Both the position numbers and the translations under genes were made by a program. A stretch of DNA of 63,235 nt, counting the filler, from Octopus bimaculoides (taxonomy: Eukaryota): NCBI RefSeq assembly GCF_001194135.2. It is 10 parts of 9 records of this genome, joined end to end, with 100 filler letters (N's around TTAATTAATTAA, not from the genome) between each part and the next. Parts side by side here need not be neighbours in the genome. Positions count along the whole stretch, not along the records: positions 1 to 14,120 come from NC_068984.1; positions 14,221 to 17,824 come from NC_069005.1; positions 17,925 to 37,779 come from NC_068981.1; 7 more parts are not named here. One strand, 5' to 3'. The first letter of the stretch is position 1; the number at the start of each line of letters is the position of its first letter. Under the pieces are notes generated by a model. The model was not told where the DNA came from, did not search any database, and saw only the letters and a list, made by a program, of their open reading frames with translations. Below, piece after piece: positions 12,117 to 23,809 of this stretch.

Positions 12117-13009
12117 GCTACGATGCTAAGAAGTAAACAAAGTTTTTGATATGTAAATAGATGCGTTAAAAAATGAAGCAATGGTGTTAAGAGGTTTTAA
12201 TGTGTTTTAATTTTTAATTATTTTTATTTGTTTTCAAGTGTAGATGACGCGAATGGAGATTGACACAAAGTGAAAGCTGGTTCTGGCGGATATAAATAAA
12301 ATAATAAAAGTAATAACTAAAAGAGGATGGGAAAAAAGAGAAAAAAAGAAAAAGAAAATGGTGAAAACAGTTAATGTTAATTTACATCACAAGTGCTAAA
12401 TATCAAAAGCTATTTTAGCTGAGAAGATATTTCACAAGTCAAAAATAAAATAAAATTATTAAGATGAAACTAAACGATTCAGACTGAATTCATCTGTCTT
12501 TAAAGAATGAGAGAGAAAAAAAGCATCTCAGAACCACGCAGGAATTTCATAGGTATAATGTTTCTATTTGAACATAAAGTATAATTGTATACAGGTGTGT
12601 CTGTACATATATACGTATGTATAATTAGTCTCTACTTTGTGTATGTATGTATGCTTGCGTGTGTGTATGAGTGCGCGCGCGTGTGTGTGTTTGTGTGTGT
12701 GTATGCATGTATGTAAACATGTTTTGCTGTGTCTAGTTTTTCAAATTCCTCACCAATAGAGAAAGGGCCGGTCCTTTCACCGGAATTTAGACAACTTCAT
12801 TGGGGTAGTCGTATGTGTGTGTGTCTGTATTTATGCATGCATGCACGTATGTTTGCATATAAATATGTATGTGCAACGGTATGCATGTGTGCAAGCGTGT
12901 ATGTCATTGCGGTATGGATTAGTATGTTTTGATTCATGGATGAGTATACATACATATGTTTGTGTGTGTACATGTGTGTATATTCATTTATTACATGCTA
13001 AAACATCTG

Positions 13010-13555
13010 GAATATTTTACATACTTTCACGATGCCTTTAATGGCTTGTAATTGTAATTTCCTAATTACCCGTCTCTTTACTTATTTTGTGAAACCCAGC
13101 TTCTTAAGATTGGTACTGAGATACTTAGTCACAAATCCAAGTACCCCAATAATTATAGGTGTAAACTTAAAAACCATAGTCAGAATGGAATAACTGCAGA
13201 TTTCTTATCAGTTTGGCATAAATGTTTTCTTTCCCCTTAATCTTTAACACTGTGTTAACGTCTGATTTCCACTATTATGCACAATAGGTTTCCTAAGTCA
13301 CAGATAATTAAGTCTGGTGTGTTACGCTTGAATTTTAATGAGGTCTTAACAGAGATATTCCACAAATATTCTTTTATATTATATACACTTACGCTCTCCG
13401 CAAGCCTGTATTTCTTTAAATTTTATCTTCATGATTATCCTTTCTAAGGTTTGTATTACACAGTCTCTTGGCCATGCCGTCATTCCTTGTAAGTAGATGA
13501 CACCATAACGACGTATTAGGGCAGCTACTTATGTATGATACCATAATATTCAGTA
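13010..13555 (-). mobile_element. RLE-type (NeSL/R4-group) LINE C-terminus: CCHC knuckle plus endonuclease, frameshifted
   Basis: Across frames: HISSCP...RNDGMAKRL...KEYLWNISVKTSLKFKRNTPDLII...LCIIVEI...FKFTPIIIGVLGFVTKYLSTNLKKLGF...IRKLQLQAIKGIVKVCK. Confidence 0.75.
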
Positions 13556-14120
13556 CATTCTAAAGTCGATGTGTTCGCTGAATGCTATTTTTCTGTATTC
13601 CTGAAGTTTGATCTGGGATCTATGTAGAGCCATCCTTTGACGTAGAATGTTTTTGGTTTGGCTTATGTATTGCTATCGAAACTCAGAGCAAGTTAATACA
13701 TATATTAGGTTCTCCGATGCACATGTGAAGTTGTTTTTCACTGTAAAATGTTGACCCTGTTTGAAAGAGAGTTCCGATCCTTCATTTAGGTTGATGCATA
13801 TACCATAGTTAGGTCTTTCGATTTTTTTTTTACTGACGGCTTCAGTGTTATTGTCGAGTGTACTTGGGCTTGTGTCGGAGACTTTTCTCGGATTTGGGTT
13901 GTCTTTTGCTCTTTATGATGGTGTGCGTTATGGAGGATTAAATTCATTCTGTGGTCCTATTTTAGTAGGGTAATGTTCTGGAGGATAGTGTCTAAGGCTT
14001 CGTTGTTAAGGGGGTTGTGCGTGGAGATGTATAGTAGGGCACGATGAAAGCCTATATCAATTAGTGATGGTGGCTAGTTCCTGGTAATGAGTGTATCTTT
14101 TATTTCATATAGTCGTTTAT
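13556..14120 (-). mobile_element. Penelope-like element GIY-YIG endonuclease fragment
   Basis: Minus strand reads GICINLNEGSELSFKQGQHFTVKNNFTCASENLIYVLTCSEFR*QYISQTKNILRQRMALHRSQIKLQEYRKIAFSEHID, matching the LIY-YIG signature; upstream RLYEIKDTLITRN*P is typical of the PLE RT-to-EN linker. Confidence 0.78.
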
Positions 14121-14220
14121 NNNNNNNNNNNNNNNNNNNNNNNNNNNNNNNNNNNNNNNNNNNNTTAATTAATTAANNNNNNNNNNNNNNNNNNNNNNNN
14201 NNNNNNNNNNNNNNNNNNNN
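14121..14220. other. Synthetic scaffold joiner (44 N + TTAATTAATTAA + 44 N); one of nine
   Basis: The palindromic 12-mer, which gives stops in all six frames, occurs at 14165, 17869, 37824, 39243, 46946, 48704, 50726, 52350 and 60409, always inside N runs. Confidence 0.97.
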
Positions 14221-14277
<57 letters not shown>

Positions 14278-14454
14278 TATGCACGAATGCGCACGTGTAC
14301 CCATATATCTGCACTTTTCTTATTTACATGCCTTTATTTACAGAACTTTTCGTAGCCAACAACATAAACTGTCTCACACATAACGCCTGTATGTTCTGAA
14401 AATCTAACTTTCCCATATAAAGTGGACTTCATATTCAAGGTTCTGATGAAGTTA

Positions 14455-14843
14455 TAGGTTGTCCGTGGAAACCCCATTATGTGCAGGAGCTAAAACCTGA
14501 AGACTGTGACCGCAGAAGTCCAGCTCTCATTGTATGTGATTTTTACCTGTGGGGCTACAGAGAAGGGGAGGTGTACAAGACAAAACCTCTCACACTGGAG
14601 AACTTGGAGACACGGAGTCAGGAGGTTCTTAATGATATCCCAGACGACGTCCTTCAGAAGGTTGTTCATTCCATCCCTGGCCATTTAAGGAAACTGGTTA
14701 ACGCAACCGGTGTTTACATTGAAATATGAAGACTTACTTTCATTTTCCCATGTAATAAAGAACATGTGTCATTTGTTTCAGTAAATTTGTAAAAGGAATA
14801 TGGATTTTATTACCAATTTTTAATGCCTACTTACTTTTCACCC
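14455..14843 (+). mobile_element. Internally deleted Tc1/mariner-type transposase remnant with 3' end
   Basis: PWKPHYVQELKPEDCDR is joined directly to RSPALIVCDFYLWGYREGEVYKTKPLTLENL...LVNATGVYIEI*, a degenerate WPPRSPDLTPCDFFLWG motif. The TIR-like end ttactttttcaccc runs into a gap. Confidence 0.85.
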
Positions 14844-14979
14844 NNNNNNNNNNNNNNNNNNNNNNNNNNNNNNNNNNNNNNNNNNNNNNNNNNNNNNNNN
14901 NNNNNNNNNNNNNNNNNNNNNNNNNNNNNNNNNNNNNNNNNNNNNNNNNNNNNNNNNNNNNNNNNNNNNNTATATATAT

Positions 14980-15020
<41 letters not shown>

Positions 15021-15033
15021 CAGGCAGGCAGAC

Positions 15034-15080
<47 letters not shown>

Positions 15081-15665
15081 TAGATAGGTAGATAGATAGA
15101 TATAGGGAGACAGCCAGCGAGAGAGAGAAAGACAGAAAGAAAGAGACAATACAACTATACAAAGAAATTTATTTACGTGAATTTTACGTAAAATAAATTA
15201 TACAAAATGAATAAAATATAGATTTTATAGGCAACCAGCTTGCTGTTTCGTATAGTCTTATTTTTTATCTTCCTTATGAACACCACCAAGCTATCACATC
15301 ACCTTCGACACCACCGTCGTCGACACCCCATTATCTCTCACCGTCGTCGTCATCATGAACCTCTTCTAATCCTAAGTCTCTCTCCTCTTTCTTATTCTTA
15401 CTTCAATCCCTTCCGCCTAACTTCTCCCCCTGTCATCCTTCTTCATCAACCTCTACATCCTCCAATATCTTACTACCTCCCTATGTATTTATTTGTCTAC
15501 TTCAACTCGCCTAATTATATACATACAACAGGTGTTCACCTAGTCATTCACCACCATCACCACCACTACCACCACCACAACCAATGGTCACCATTCTGTA
15601 ATAGCAAAAATCGTTAATTTCACAATTAAATTGTACGATACTGAAAGGAATGTTGTTTTCTAATG

Positions 15666-15679
15666 CAGCGCCATCTAGT
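15666..15679 (-). promoter_or_regulatory. CTCF-like core motif
   Basis: Minus strand ACTAGATGGCGCTG matches the CTCF core; the upstream CC positions mismatch. Motif match only. Confidence 0.28.
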
Positions 15680-16935
15680 CTGGCATTATGTGGTGTAGAG
15701 TAGCCTCGTATTGTGTAATATGGTATGGTGTCGTTGTCTGGCACCAAGTTTCATCTTATCTGTGACACGGAAGTTGACGGTCAAACAAGGCACAGAATTT
15801 AAATTAATCTATCCTATAATACCATGTCTCCATTTAGCTGAAAATCATACTGTTACACTCAAACGTGCAACGATGAATCACATGGAGTGCAGTGTCACAG
15901 TCTTAACGAATACTCTCTCCACAGCTCAGCCATAGATACTGTGTTAGCTGACCCGCAGTAATGAATCTTATTTACGGTCTAGTATGACCATCTGAACTGT
16001 CCGCCATATTTCCTTACATCTTGATTCTCGTGGTGACCTCAGCTCTTATCTGAGATGTACAGCTCTTACTGTACATCTCAGACTTTGGGATTACTGAAGC
16101 TTTTGATGCTGCAGCTATTTCTGTGTCTCTAAATTATGTGGGAGAGATAGTGTTAAGATATTATTATAGCAGTGTAGTATATGTGTTTGGAGGTAATTTT
16201 TCATATAGTGACTAGAACTGTCGGATTGGAACTTGCTGAAGTTACACTTTGTGATTCTTTCATTTCAATAGGAGATGTTTCAGTTGAAGTTGTTTTGGTT
16301 CTGTAGGTGATCTGTGAATGTAGTCTGAATACAGTCTGATATGATGTGTAATGTTTAGATTGTTGAGTGTGATGGTTTGTGTTGGATGCTTTCTAGTGAT
16401 GGTGGTAAAAATAGGGTATATTGTATTTTGGAGGAGTGTATTTTCTGTGCTAGGTGTGTGATAGTTGAGCGTAATGGTCTGGATCTATGTTGTAATTTGG
16501 AGAGGGGGATGTGTGATTTGGTGGTGTCAAGGGTTACTTTTTCTAGAATTTTTGAAGATGTATATAAGAGGATATTGCGTCTGTCGGATATTATTTTACT
16601 TAAGTAGTTTTTGGATATTTAGAATCGTTGTAATTCTATATTTCCAGATTCTGGAAAATTAACAGTGGGAACATTACCATGGAATTCAACAAAGGTCCGT
16701 CGCGAAGCTTCTTAGAGTTTGTTAAAATTTACGCTATTTGTCAGTATCCATGAGAGGAGTAATTCTTGAAATAGCTTTATAGCTATAACCAGTCAAATTT
16801 TGTGACAATTTCCGAAAAGTATATTTCTATAATCTCCACTATCTCAAGTTCCCCAGACACTAAAGATAAATTCTTTTAACTCGGCCAATTTAGAAGTATT
16901 CGAGTACTATTTTTCTTGTTTTGCATTTATGTTCT

Positions 16936-16982
<47 letters not shown>

Positions 16983-17535
16983 AAATCTCTGAACGAGGTA
17001 TAAACAGTAACTGCACGACAACGTGAAGTATATTTGCCACTTAAATGCGGCTAAACCCTAAGAGTGAATATTACTGTTGCTTTTAGCCCCAGGAGAACAT
17101 CTCCAGCTGGCTATTGACACATCTGTGTCCTGTCTGTATTTGCAAAGGGAAGTCATCCTTCCCATCTTGATCACGCATTCACTACCTTTCACTAAAACTG
17201 CTGGTTGACAGCACTTCCTCCTCTACCCTTACTTTCTTTTGAAATGAAACTTGAAAAAGTTGACAAGGCTCTGGATTCCTTGTTCTCATATACATACATA
17301 CATACATACATACATACACATATGTAGGGAGGGCACTTGCCCTAGTGGTCAGTGTGACCGTGGTTCAGTGGAGTTTTCATGAGCAGCCCCAGGAAGTCTC
17401 CCTCTTCGGGGAGATATTTGGTTGTTAGAATTTATATTGTTATCGTTGTTATTGTTTACATAGTTCTATTTATGTAACCCCACATTGTACTGTCCTGTAC
17501 AATCTCCTCTGTTTTTTTGCGAAACTTTAGTGGCA

Positions 17536-17558
17536 ATTATTATTATTATTGTTATTAA

Positions 17559-17643
<85 letters not shown>

Positions 17644-17824
17644 TTATGTTTGACTTTTGTTTTGCATTTGTACAAGTTGGATCCAAGTCTCACCCAGAGA
17701 CCTCAAGAGACAAGTTAGAAGTTCATGTAGGTGTTATGCCTAGGGTACCATATATTTGGATTTGTACAGTTTTGTTCAAGTGAATGTTTAAGAAACCATA
17801 AGAAAATTATGTGTTTGCTTTAAA
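17536..17824 (-). mobile_element. Probable 3' UTR of an RLE-type LINE running into a long (TAA)n tract
   Basis: About 180 bp of unique-looking sequence (…gaggtctctgggtgagacttgg…caaacataaa) directly followed on the minus strand by about 110 bp of (TAA)n at 17536-17645. No coding motif visible; the rest is lost in a gap. Confidence 0.4.
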
Positions 17825-18142
17825 NNNNNNNNNNNNNNNNNNNNNNNNNNNNNNNNNNNNNNNNNNNNTTAATTAATTAANNNNNNNNNNNNNNNNNNNN
17901 NNNNNNNNNNNNNNNNNNNNNNNNTTCCGCAAAACATAATCTGGATATTGATAGTTTCAACAATAACGAAGAGAACAACAATTACAATAACAACAAGAAC
18001 GACGACCACAACGGAATAAGTTCTATGTCAATAGCAAAAACGTCCATGAGATTTGTGATATATTATGACAAGTACAATAACAACTTAAGTAACAACTATA
18101 AAACGAACGATAACAACAAAACATCGATATTATATATGTATG

Positions 18143-18215
<73 letters not shown>

Positions 18216-18432
18216 GTCTTTGTGCGTGGGAATATATAAATAGACGCCTGCGAAACTTTAGGTGGAATTGAACCGAATCTAACTGTTTGTAATAACACAT
18301 GTAATTCCTACTAAATGTGTTGAATGCCCTTCTCTTTTGCTTGCCCTCTCGTCTACACACGCACGCACGCACGCACACACACACACACACACATATATAC
18401 ACACACACACACATATTTATATGTACCTATAA

Positions 18433-18674
18433 TGGTCACTAGAAACAGCTGTAAGCCAAATTCGATCTATCAGCGGAAGAATATGCAATAATCATAATTA
18501 ATACCTTGTCTTATACATATATACATACATACATACATACATACATACATACATTTATGTATGTATGTATTTATGTATGTATGTATGTATGTGTAAGACA
18601 AGGTGTTAATTATGGTTATTACATATTTTTCCTTTATTAGAGCGAATTTGGCTTACAGTTGTTTCTAGTGGTCA
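18433..18674. repeat. Older inverted repeat whose centre is an inverted (CATA)n/(TATG)n microsatellite
   Basis: cactagaaacagctgtaagccaaattcg...taataccttgtcttatacata is mirrored by tatgtgtaagacaaggtgttaa...cgaatttggcttacagttgtttctagtg. Confidence 0.85.
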
Positions 18675-18740
18675 GTATAGATAGGTTATTGATAGGCTTA
18701 CTCTATTGATCAGTTGAAAGAAACTGAACGACCTAAAATG

Positions 18741-18780
<40 letters not shown>

Positions 18781-19903
18781 NNNNNNNNNNNNNNNNNNNN
18801 NNNNNNNNNNNNNNNNNNNNNNNNNNNNNNNNNNNNNNNNNNNNNNNNNNNNNNNNNNNNNNNNNNNNNNNNNNNNNNNNNNNNNNNNNNNNNNNNNNNN
18901 NNNNNNNNNNNNNNNNNNNNNNNNNNNNNNNNNNNNNNNNNNNNNNNNNNNNNNNNNNNNNNNNNNNNNNNNNNNNNNNNNNNNNNNNNNNNNNNNNNNN
19001 NNNNNNNNNNNNNNNNNNNNNNNNNNNNNNNNNNNNNNNNNNNNNNNNNNNNNNNNNNNNNNNNNNNNNNNNNNNNNNNNNNNNNNNNNNNNNNNNNNNN
19101 NNNNNNNNNNNNNNNNNNNNNNNNNNNNNNNNNNNNNNNNNNNNNNNNNNNNNNNNNNNNNNNNNNNNNNNNNNNNNNNNNNNNNNNNNNNNNNNNNNNN
19201 NNNNNNNNNNNNNNNNNNNNNNNNNNNNNNNNNNNNNNNNNNNNNNNNNNNNNNNNNNNNNNNNNNNNNNNNNNNNNNNNNNNNNNNNNNNNNNNNNNNN
19301 NNNNNNNNNNNNNNNNNNNNNNNNNNNNNNNNNNNNNNNNNNNNNNNNNNNNNNNNNNNNNNNNNNNNNNNNNNNNNNNNNNNNNNNNNNNNNNNNNNNN
19401 NNNNNNNNNNNNNNNNNNNNNNNNNNTATATATATATATATATTATACATACCCACATATATTATACATATCCCCTATATTGTTGTTATTATTATTATTA
19501 TGATATATATATACATGTACACATGTATGTGTATACTTTTACATATATAGATATAACGCATGTAAATATAATATATTGACTGTTTTACTGACTCTTGTTA
19601 TTGGATTGTGGCAATGCAAGGAGGGGGGGGGGGTGCATCTTTCTCTATTTAATCGATAAATATCTACCCTAGCATAATTTTTGATAATTAGTCTGTTACT
19701 TATTTTATTCTTCTCTGATTTATGGAGCCGATTGGAAACGGTACATAAAGTAGATCTTACGCTAGTATATACATTAACACTAACCACATGTGTGTGTGTG
19801 TGTGTATGCGTGCGTATGTTGCAACTCTCTCACAGACAGACACAGACAGACACACACACACGTACACACTCACACACATACATAATACATACGTACATAT
19901 GTA

Positions 19904-19944
<41 letters not shown>

Positions 19945-19949
<5 letters not shown>

Positions 19950-20090
19950 TGGCTTCTGCATAGTTTCTTTGCAACAAATTTCACTCACAAGGTATTGGTG
20001 AACGCAAGGCTATGGCAGCAGACCGCTCGCACAAAATGCCATGCAATGGGACTGAAACCAGTAACCACGTGGTTGTAAGCCGAATTTCCA
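19945..20090 (-). mobile_element. SINE family B 5' half
   Basis: tttcactcacaagg...gcaatgggactgaaaccagtaaccacgtggttg is homologous to the other B heads. Confidence 0.6.
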
Positions 20091-20100
20091 AAGTACTCAA

Positions 20101-20151
<51 letters not shown>

Positions 20152-20325
20152 TGTATGTATGTATTATATATACAGTATATATGTGTGTATATATATATAC
20201 ATACTACATATGTATACGTATAATTATGTGTATATATGCCAGTGGTTAAGAAGCTTGCTTGAAACCCCCGAGGCCCTTCGTTTAATTCAAGCACATGGTA
20301 GTTTGGGCAAATATATGTATGTATG

Positions 20326-20359
<34 letters not shown>

Positions 20360-21421
20360 TATGTAATACTTTTGGTCTATAACATTTTACAATTTACGTA
20401 CGAATAATATGAACGACATATCGAACCTAGGGTAACCCACATACGCACACTCAGATACGCATAAATACACACACACATATATATATATATATATACATAC
20501 AAACAGACTCATGTATGCCCATAGGAACATTTTACTTGTAGATGGTCGCTTGGTGTGGTAGAAATAGCAGTCGAATCATCCTTAATTCATAACTAACCTT
20601 CAGAAGATGTCACATTGGCAATGTAGCCATAGTTATATAAAACGATGGGATAGAGAGAGAGATAGTCACATGTCATGTAAAGGTTTGTTCGATTACGGCT
20701 GACCAGGTGCTAAACAACAACAACAACAACAATAAGGACAAAAACAACAATCTCGTCGTCATCATCATCATAAACATCATCATCATCATCATCAACAACA
20801 ACAACAACAAATTGAGCAACAACAACAGCAAAAAGAAACTCAAATACGGACGCAGTTGCATTACATAATGCATATATATATATATATATATATATANNNN
20901 NNNNNNNNNNNNNNNNNNNNNNNNNNNNNNNNNNNNNNNNNNNNNNNNNNNNNNNNNNNNNNNNNNNNNNNNNNNNNNNNNNNNNNNNNNNNNNNNNNNN
21001 NNNNNNNNNNNNNNNNNNNNNNNNNNNNNNNNNNNNNNNNNNNNNNNNNNNNNNNNNNNNNNNNNNNNNNNNNNNNNNNNNNNNNNNNNNNNNNNNNNNN
21101 NNNNNNNNNNNNNNNNNNNNNNNNNNNNNNNNNNNNNNNNNNNNNNNNNNNNNNNNNNNNNNNNNNNNNNNNNNNNNNNNNNNNNNNNNNNNNNNNNNNN
21201 NNNNNNNNNNNNNNNNNNNNNNNNNNNNNNNNNNNNNNNNNNNNNNNNNNNNNNNNNNNNNNNNNNNNNNNNNNNNNNNNNNNNNNNNNNNNNNNNNNNN
21301 NNNNNNNNNNNNNNNNNNNNNNNNNNNNNNNNNNNNNNNNNNNNNNNNNNNNNNNNNNNNNNNNNNNNNNNNNNNNNNNNNNNNNNNNNNNNNNNNNNNN
21401 NNNNNNNNNNNNNNNNNNNNN

Positions 21422-21471
<50 letters not shown>

Positions 21472-21799
21472 GTGTGTGTGTGTGTATATATATATGTATA
21501 TGTATGTATATATATATATATATGTATGTATATATGTATGTATATATGTATGTATGTATGAATGTATGTCTTACTTTCTATTACTTTCTACAACAGCAAC
21601 AACCACGACAAAAACAACTATATAACAACAATGGCATTTGAACGACGGGGGTTTAGAAAAATATGCAGGCCTCCAAAAACGGTAGCGTAAGCCTACCTAC
21701 CTTACGTTGATCAGGAGATCCGGTGGGTAAAAAAATGCCTCCTCACAAAAAACCTTGGCTCGACAATTTGCGTGAAAAGCCTTTTAACATCAACTGAAA

Positions 21800-21960
21800 A
21801 GCATTTGTGAATTGTCTCTCCACTTAGCGTTTTGTTGGCGCATTAACCACGCCCATCTCGGCTATCCAGTGCTTCTCATTCGCTCATTGTGTGACTTTCG
21901 GCACGCGCATCGTCTGCAGCTGCCAATATGGCCGACTGTTTGCTAAAGCCAAGCCCACTT
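21800..21960. promoter_or_regulatory. Candidate promoter-like island
   Basis: Non-repetitive, CpG-richer patch with an Sp/KLF motif CCACGCCC (21847-21854) and overlapping CCAAT and YY1-like CAATATGGCCG (21923-21934). Confidence 0.3.
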
Positions 21961-22291
21961 TTGCCTGCCTTCCTCCATTATTAGTGTTTGCGTTAAGATA
22001 CTATTTTTTGTTGCTGCTGTTGTTGCTGTTGTTGTTGATGATGTTGATTTTTCTCCCCGCTTCCGTGTTAAGATTAGCAGGTGAATAGGGTTATTGTTGT
22101 TGTTCTTGTTTTTGTTGCTGTTGTTGATGGCGGTGTGCGAGAGTGATTGAGAGTGTTTTGATTTCGCTGTCGAACTATTGTTGTGGTTGATGATGTTGCC
22201 TGGTATGTACTGGTTGTTACAATGTTTGTATTGTGTTATATTGTTGTCATACGTGATGATAATATCGTATGATAGATTTTGTAATGATGTT

Positions 22292-22900
22292 GATATTGTA
22301 GTTGTTGTTAAGCTGCTTGGTGTCATAATGTTGATGTTTTTATCATAATGTGTTCAATTCTTAGATATTACTGTTTTACATAATGTTAATGATATTGTTT
22401 GTTATTTATACTTAATAGAAATATTGTTTGATATTATTGTAATATCAAACAATGTTGATATTGTAGTTGTTCTTAAGCTGTTTGGTGTCATAATGTTGAT
22501 GTCGTTTTCATAATGTTCATCTTGTTAGATATTATTGTTATAAATAATGTTAATAATATTGCTTGTTATGTATGGTATACATAATGTAAATATTGTTTGA
22601 TGTTGTTGTAATATCAAACAATGTTGATATTGTAGTTGTCGTTAAGCTGTTTGGTGTCACAATGCTGATGTCGTTTTCATAATGTTCATCTTGTTAGATA
22701 TTATTGTTATAAAGAATGTTAATAATATTGCTTGTTATTTATGATATACATAATGTAAATATTGTTTGCTATTGTTGTAATAATGTTGATGTTTTAGTTG
22801 TTGTTAAACTGTTTGATATCATAATATTCGTGGTGTTTTCATAATGTTTATTATTTATGATATACGTAACGTAAATATTGCTTGAAATATTGTCGTAATA
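22292..22900. repeat. Tandem repeat of about 165 bp, about 3.5 copies
   Basis: The unit start gatattgtagttg recurs at 22292, 22457 and 22626, with a degenerate start at 22788; rich in cataatgtt sub-repeats. Confidence 0.85.
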
Positions 22901-22902
22901 GT

Positions 22903-23106
22903 CCTTTCTGTTATAGGCACAAGGCCTGACATTTTGGGGGAAGGGGCCAGTCTATTAGATCGACTCCAGTTCACAACTAGTACTTAATTTGTCGACCCCG
23001 AAGGGATGAAAAGCAAAGTCGACCTCGGCGGAATTTGAACTCAGAACGTAGCGGCAGACGAAATACCGCTAAGCATTTCGCCTGGCGTGCTAACGATTCT
23101 GCCACT
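22903..23106 (-). mobile_element. Well-preserved SINE family A
   Basis: ggcacaaggcc...gtcgaccccgaagggatgaaaagcaaagtcgacctcggcggaatttgaactcagaacg...gctaacgattctgcca. Confidence 0.9.
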
Positions 23107-23132
23107 TTCGTAATGTTTGTATTGTATGCTGT

Positions 23133-23470
23133 CGCGGTTTCGATTCCCAGACCGGGCGCTGTGAGTGTTTATTGAGCGAAAACACCTAAAGCCCCACGAG
23201 GCTCCGGCAGGGGATGGTGGCGAACCCTGCTGTACTCTTCCACCACAACTTTCTTTCACTCTTACTTCCTGTTTCTGTTGTGCCTGTAATTCAAAGGGTC
23301 AGCCTTGTCACACTGTGTCACGCTGAATATCCCCGAGAACTACGTTAGGGTACACGTGTCTGTGGAGTGCTCAGCCACTTGCACGTTAATTTCACGAGCA
23401 GGCTGTTCCGTTGATCGGATCGAATGGAACCCTCGACGTTGTAAGCGACGGAGTGCCAACAATACCAATA
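23133..23470 (+). mobile_element. 5'-truncated SINE family C
   Basis: High similarity to 6763-7155 from cgcggtttcgattcccagaccggg to gacggagtgccaacaa. Confidence 0.92.
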
Positions 23471-23809
23471 ATTTTGATATTTCGACGTAATTATCATAAT
23501 GAATGTTGATGCTGTTATATATTTAAAAAAAAAAAAATTATCCTTTGTTATTTATTTGTTGTGGCTCTGCTGGGGAACTGTCTTGAAAGATTTAGTCGAA
23601 TAAATGAATCCTAGTGCTTCTTTTAAGTCTTGGACTTATTCCATCGCTCCCTTTTGCTAAACGGTAAGTTACAGGGATGTAAACAGACCAACACATGTTG
23701 TCAAGTGATGGAGGGGGACAAACACAAAAACAAGGACACATACGTACATATATACATGAACATACTCTGAATGAATTAAAAGTTAACGTAATCCACAGAA
23801 ATGCAATCA

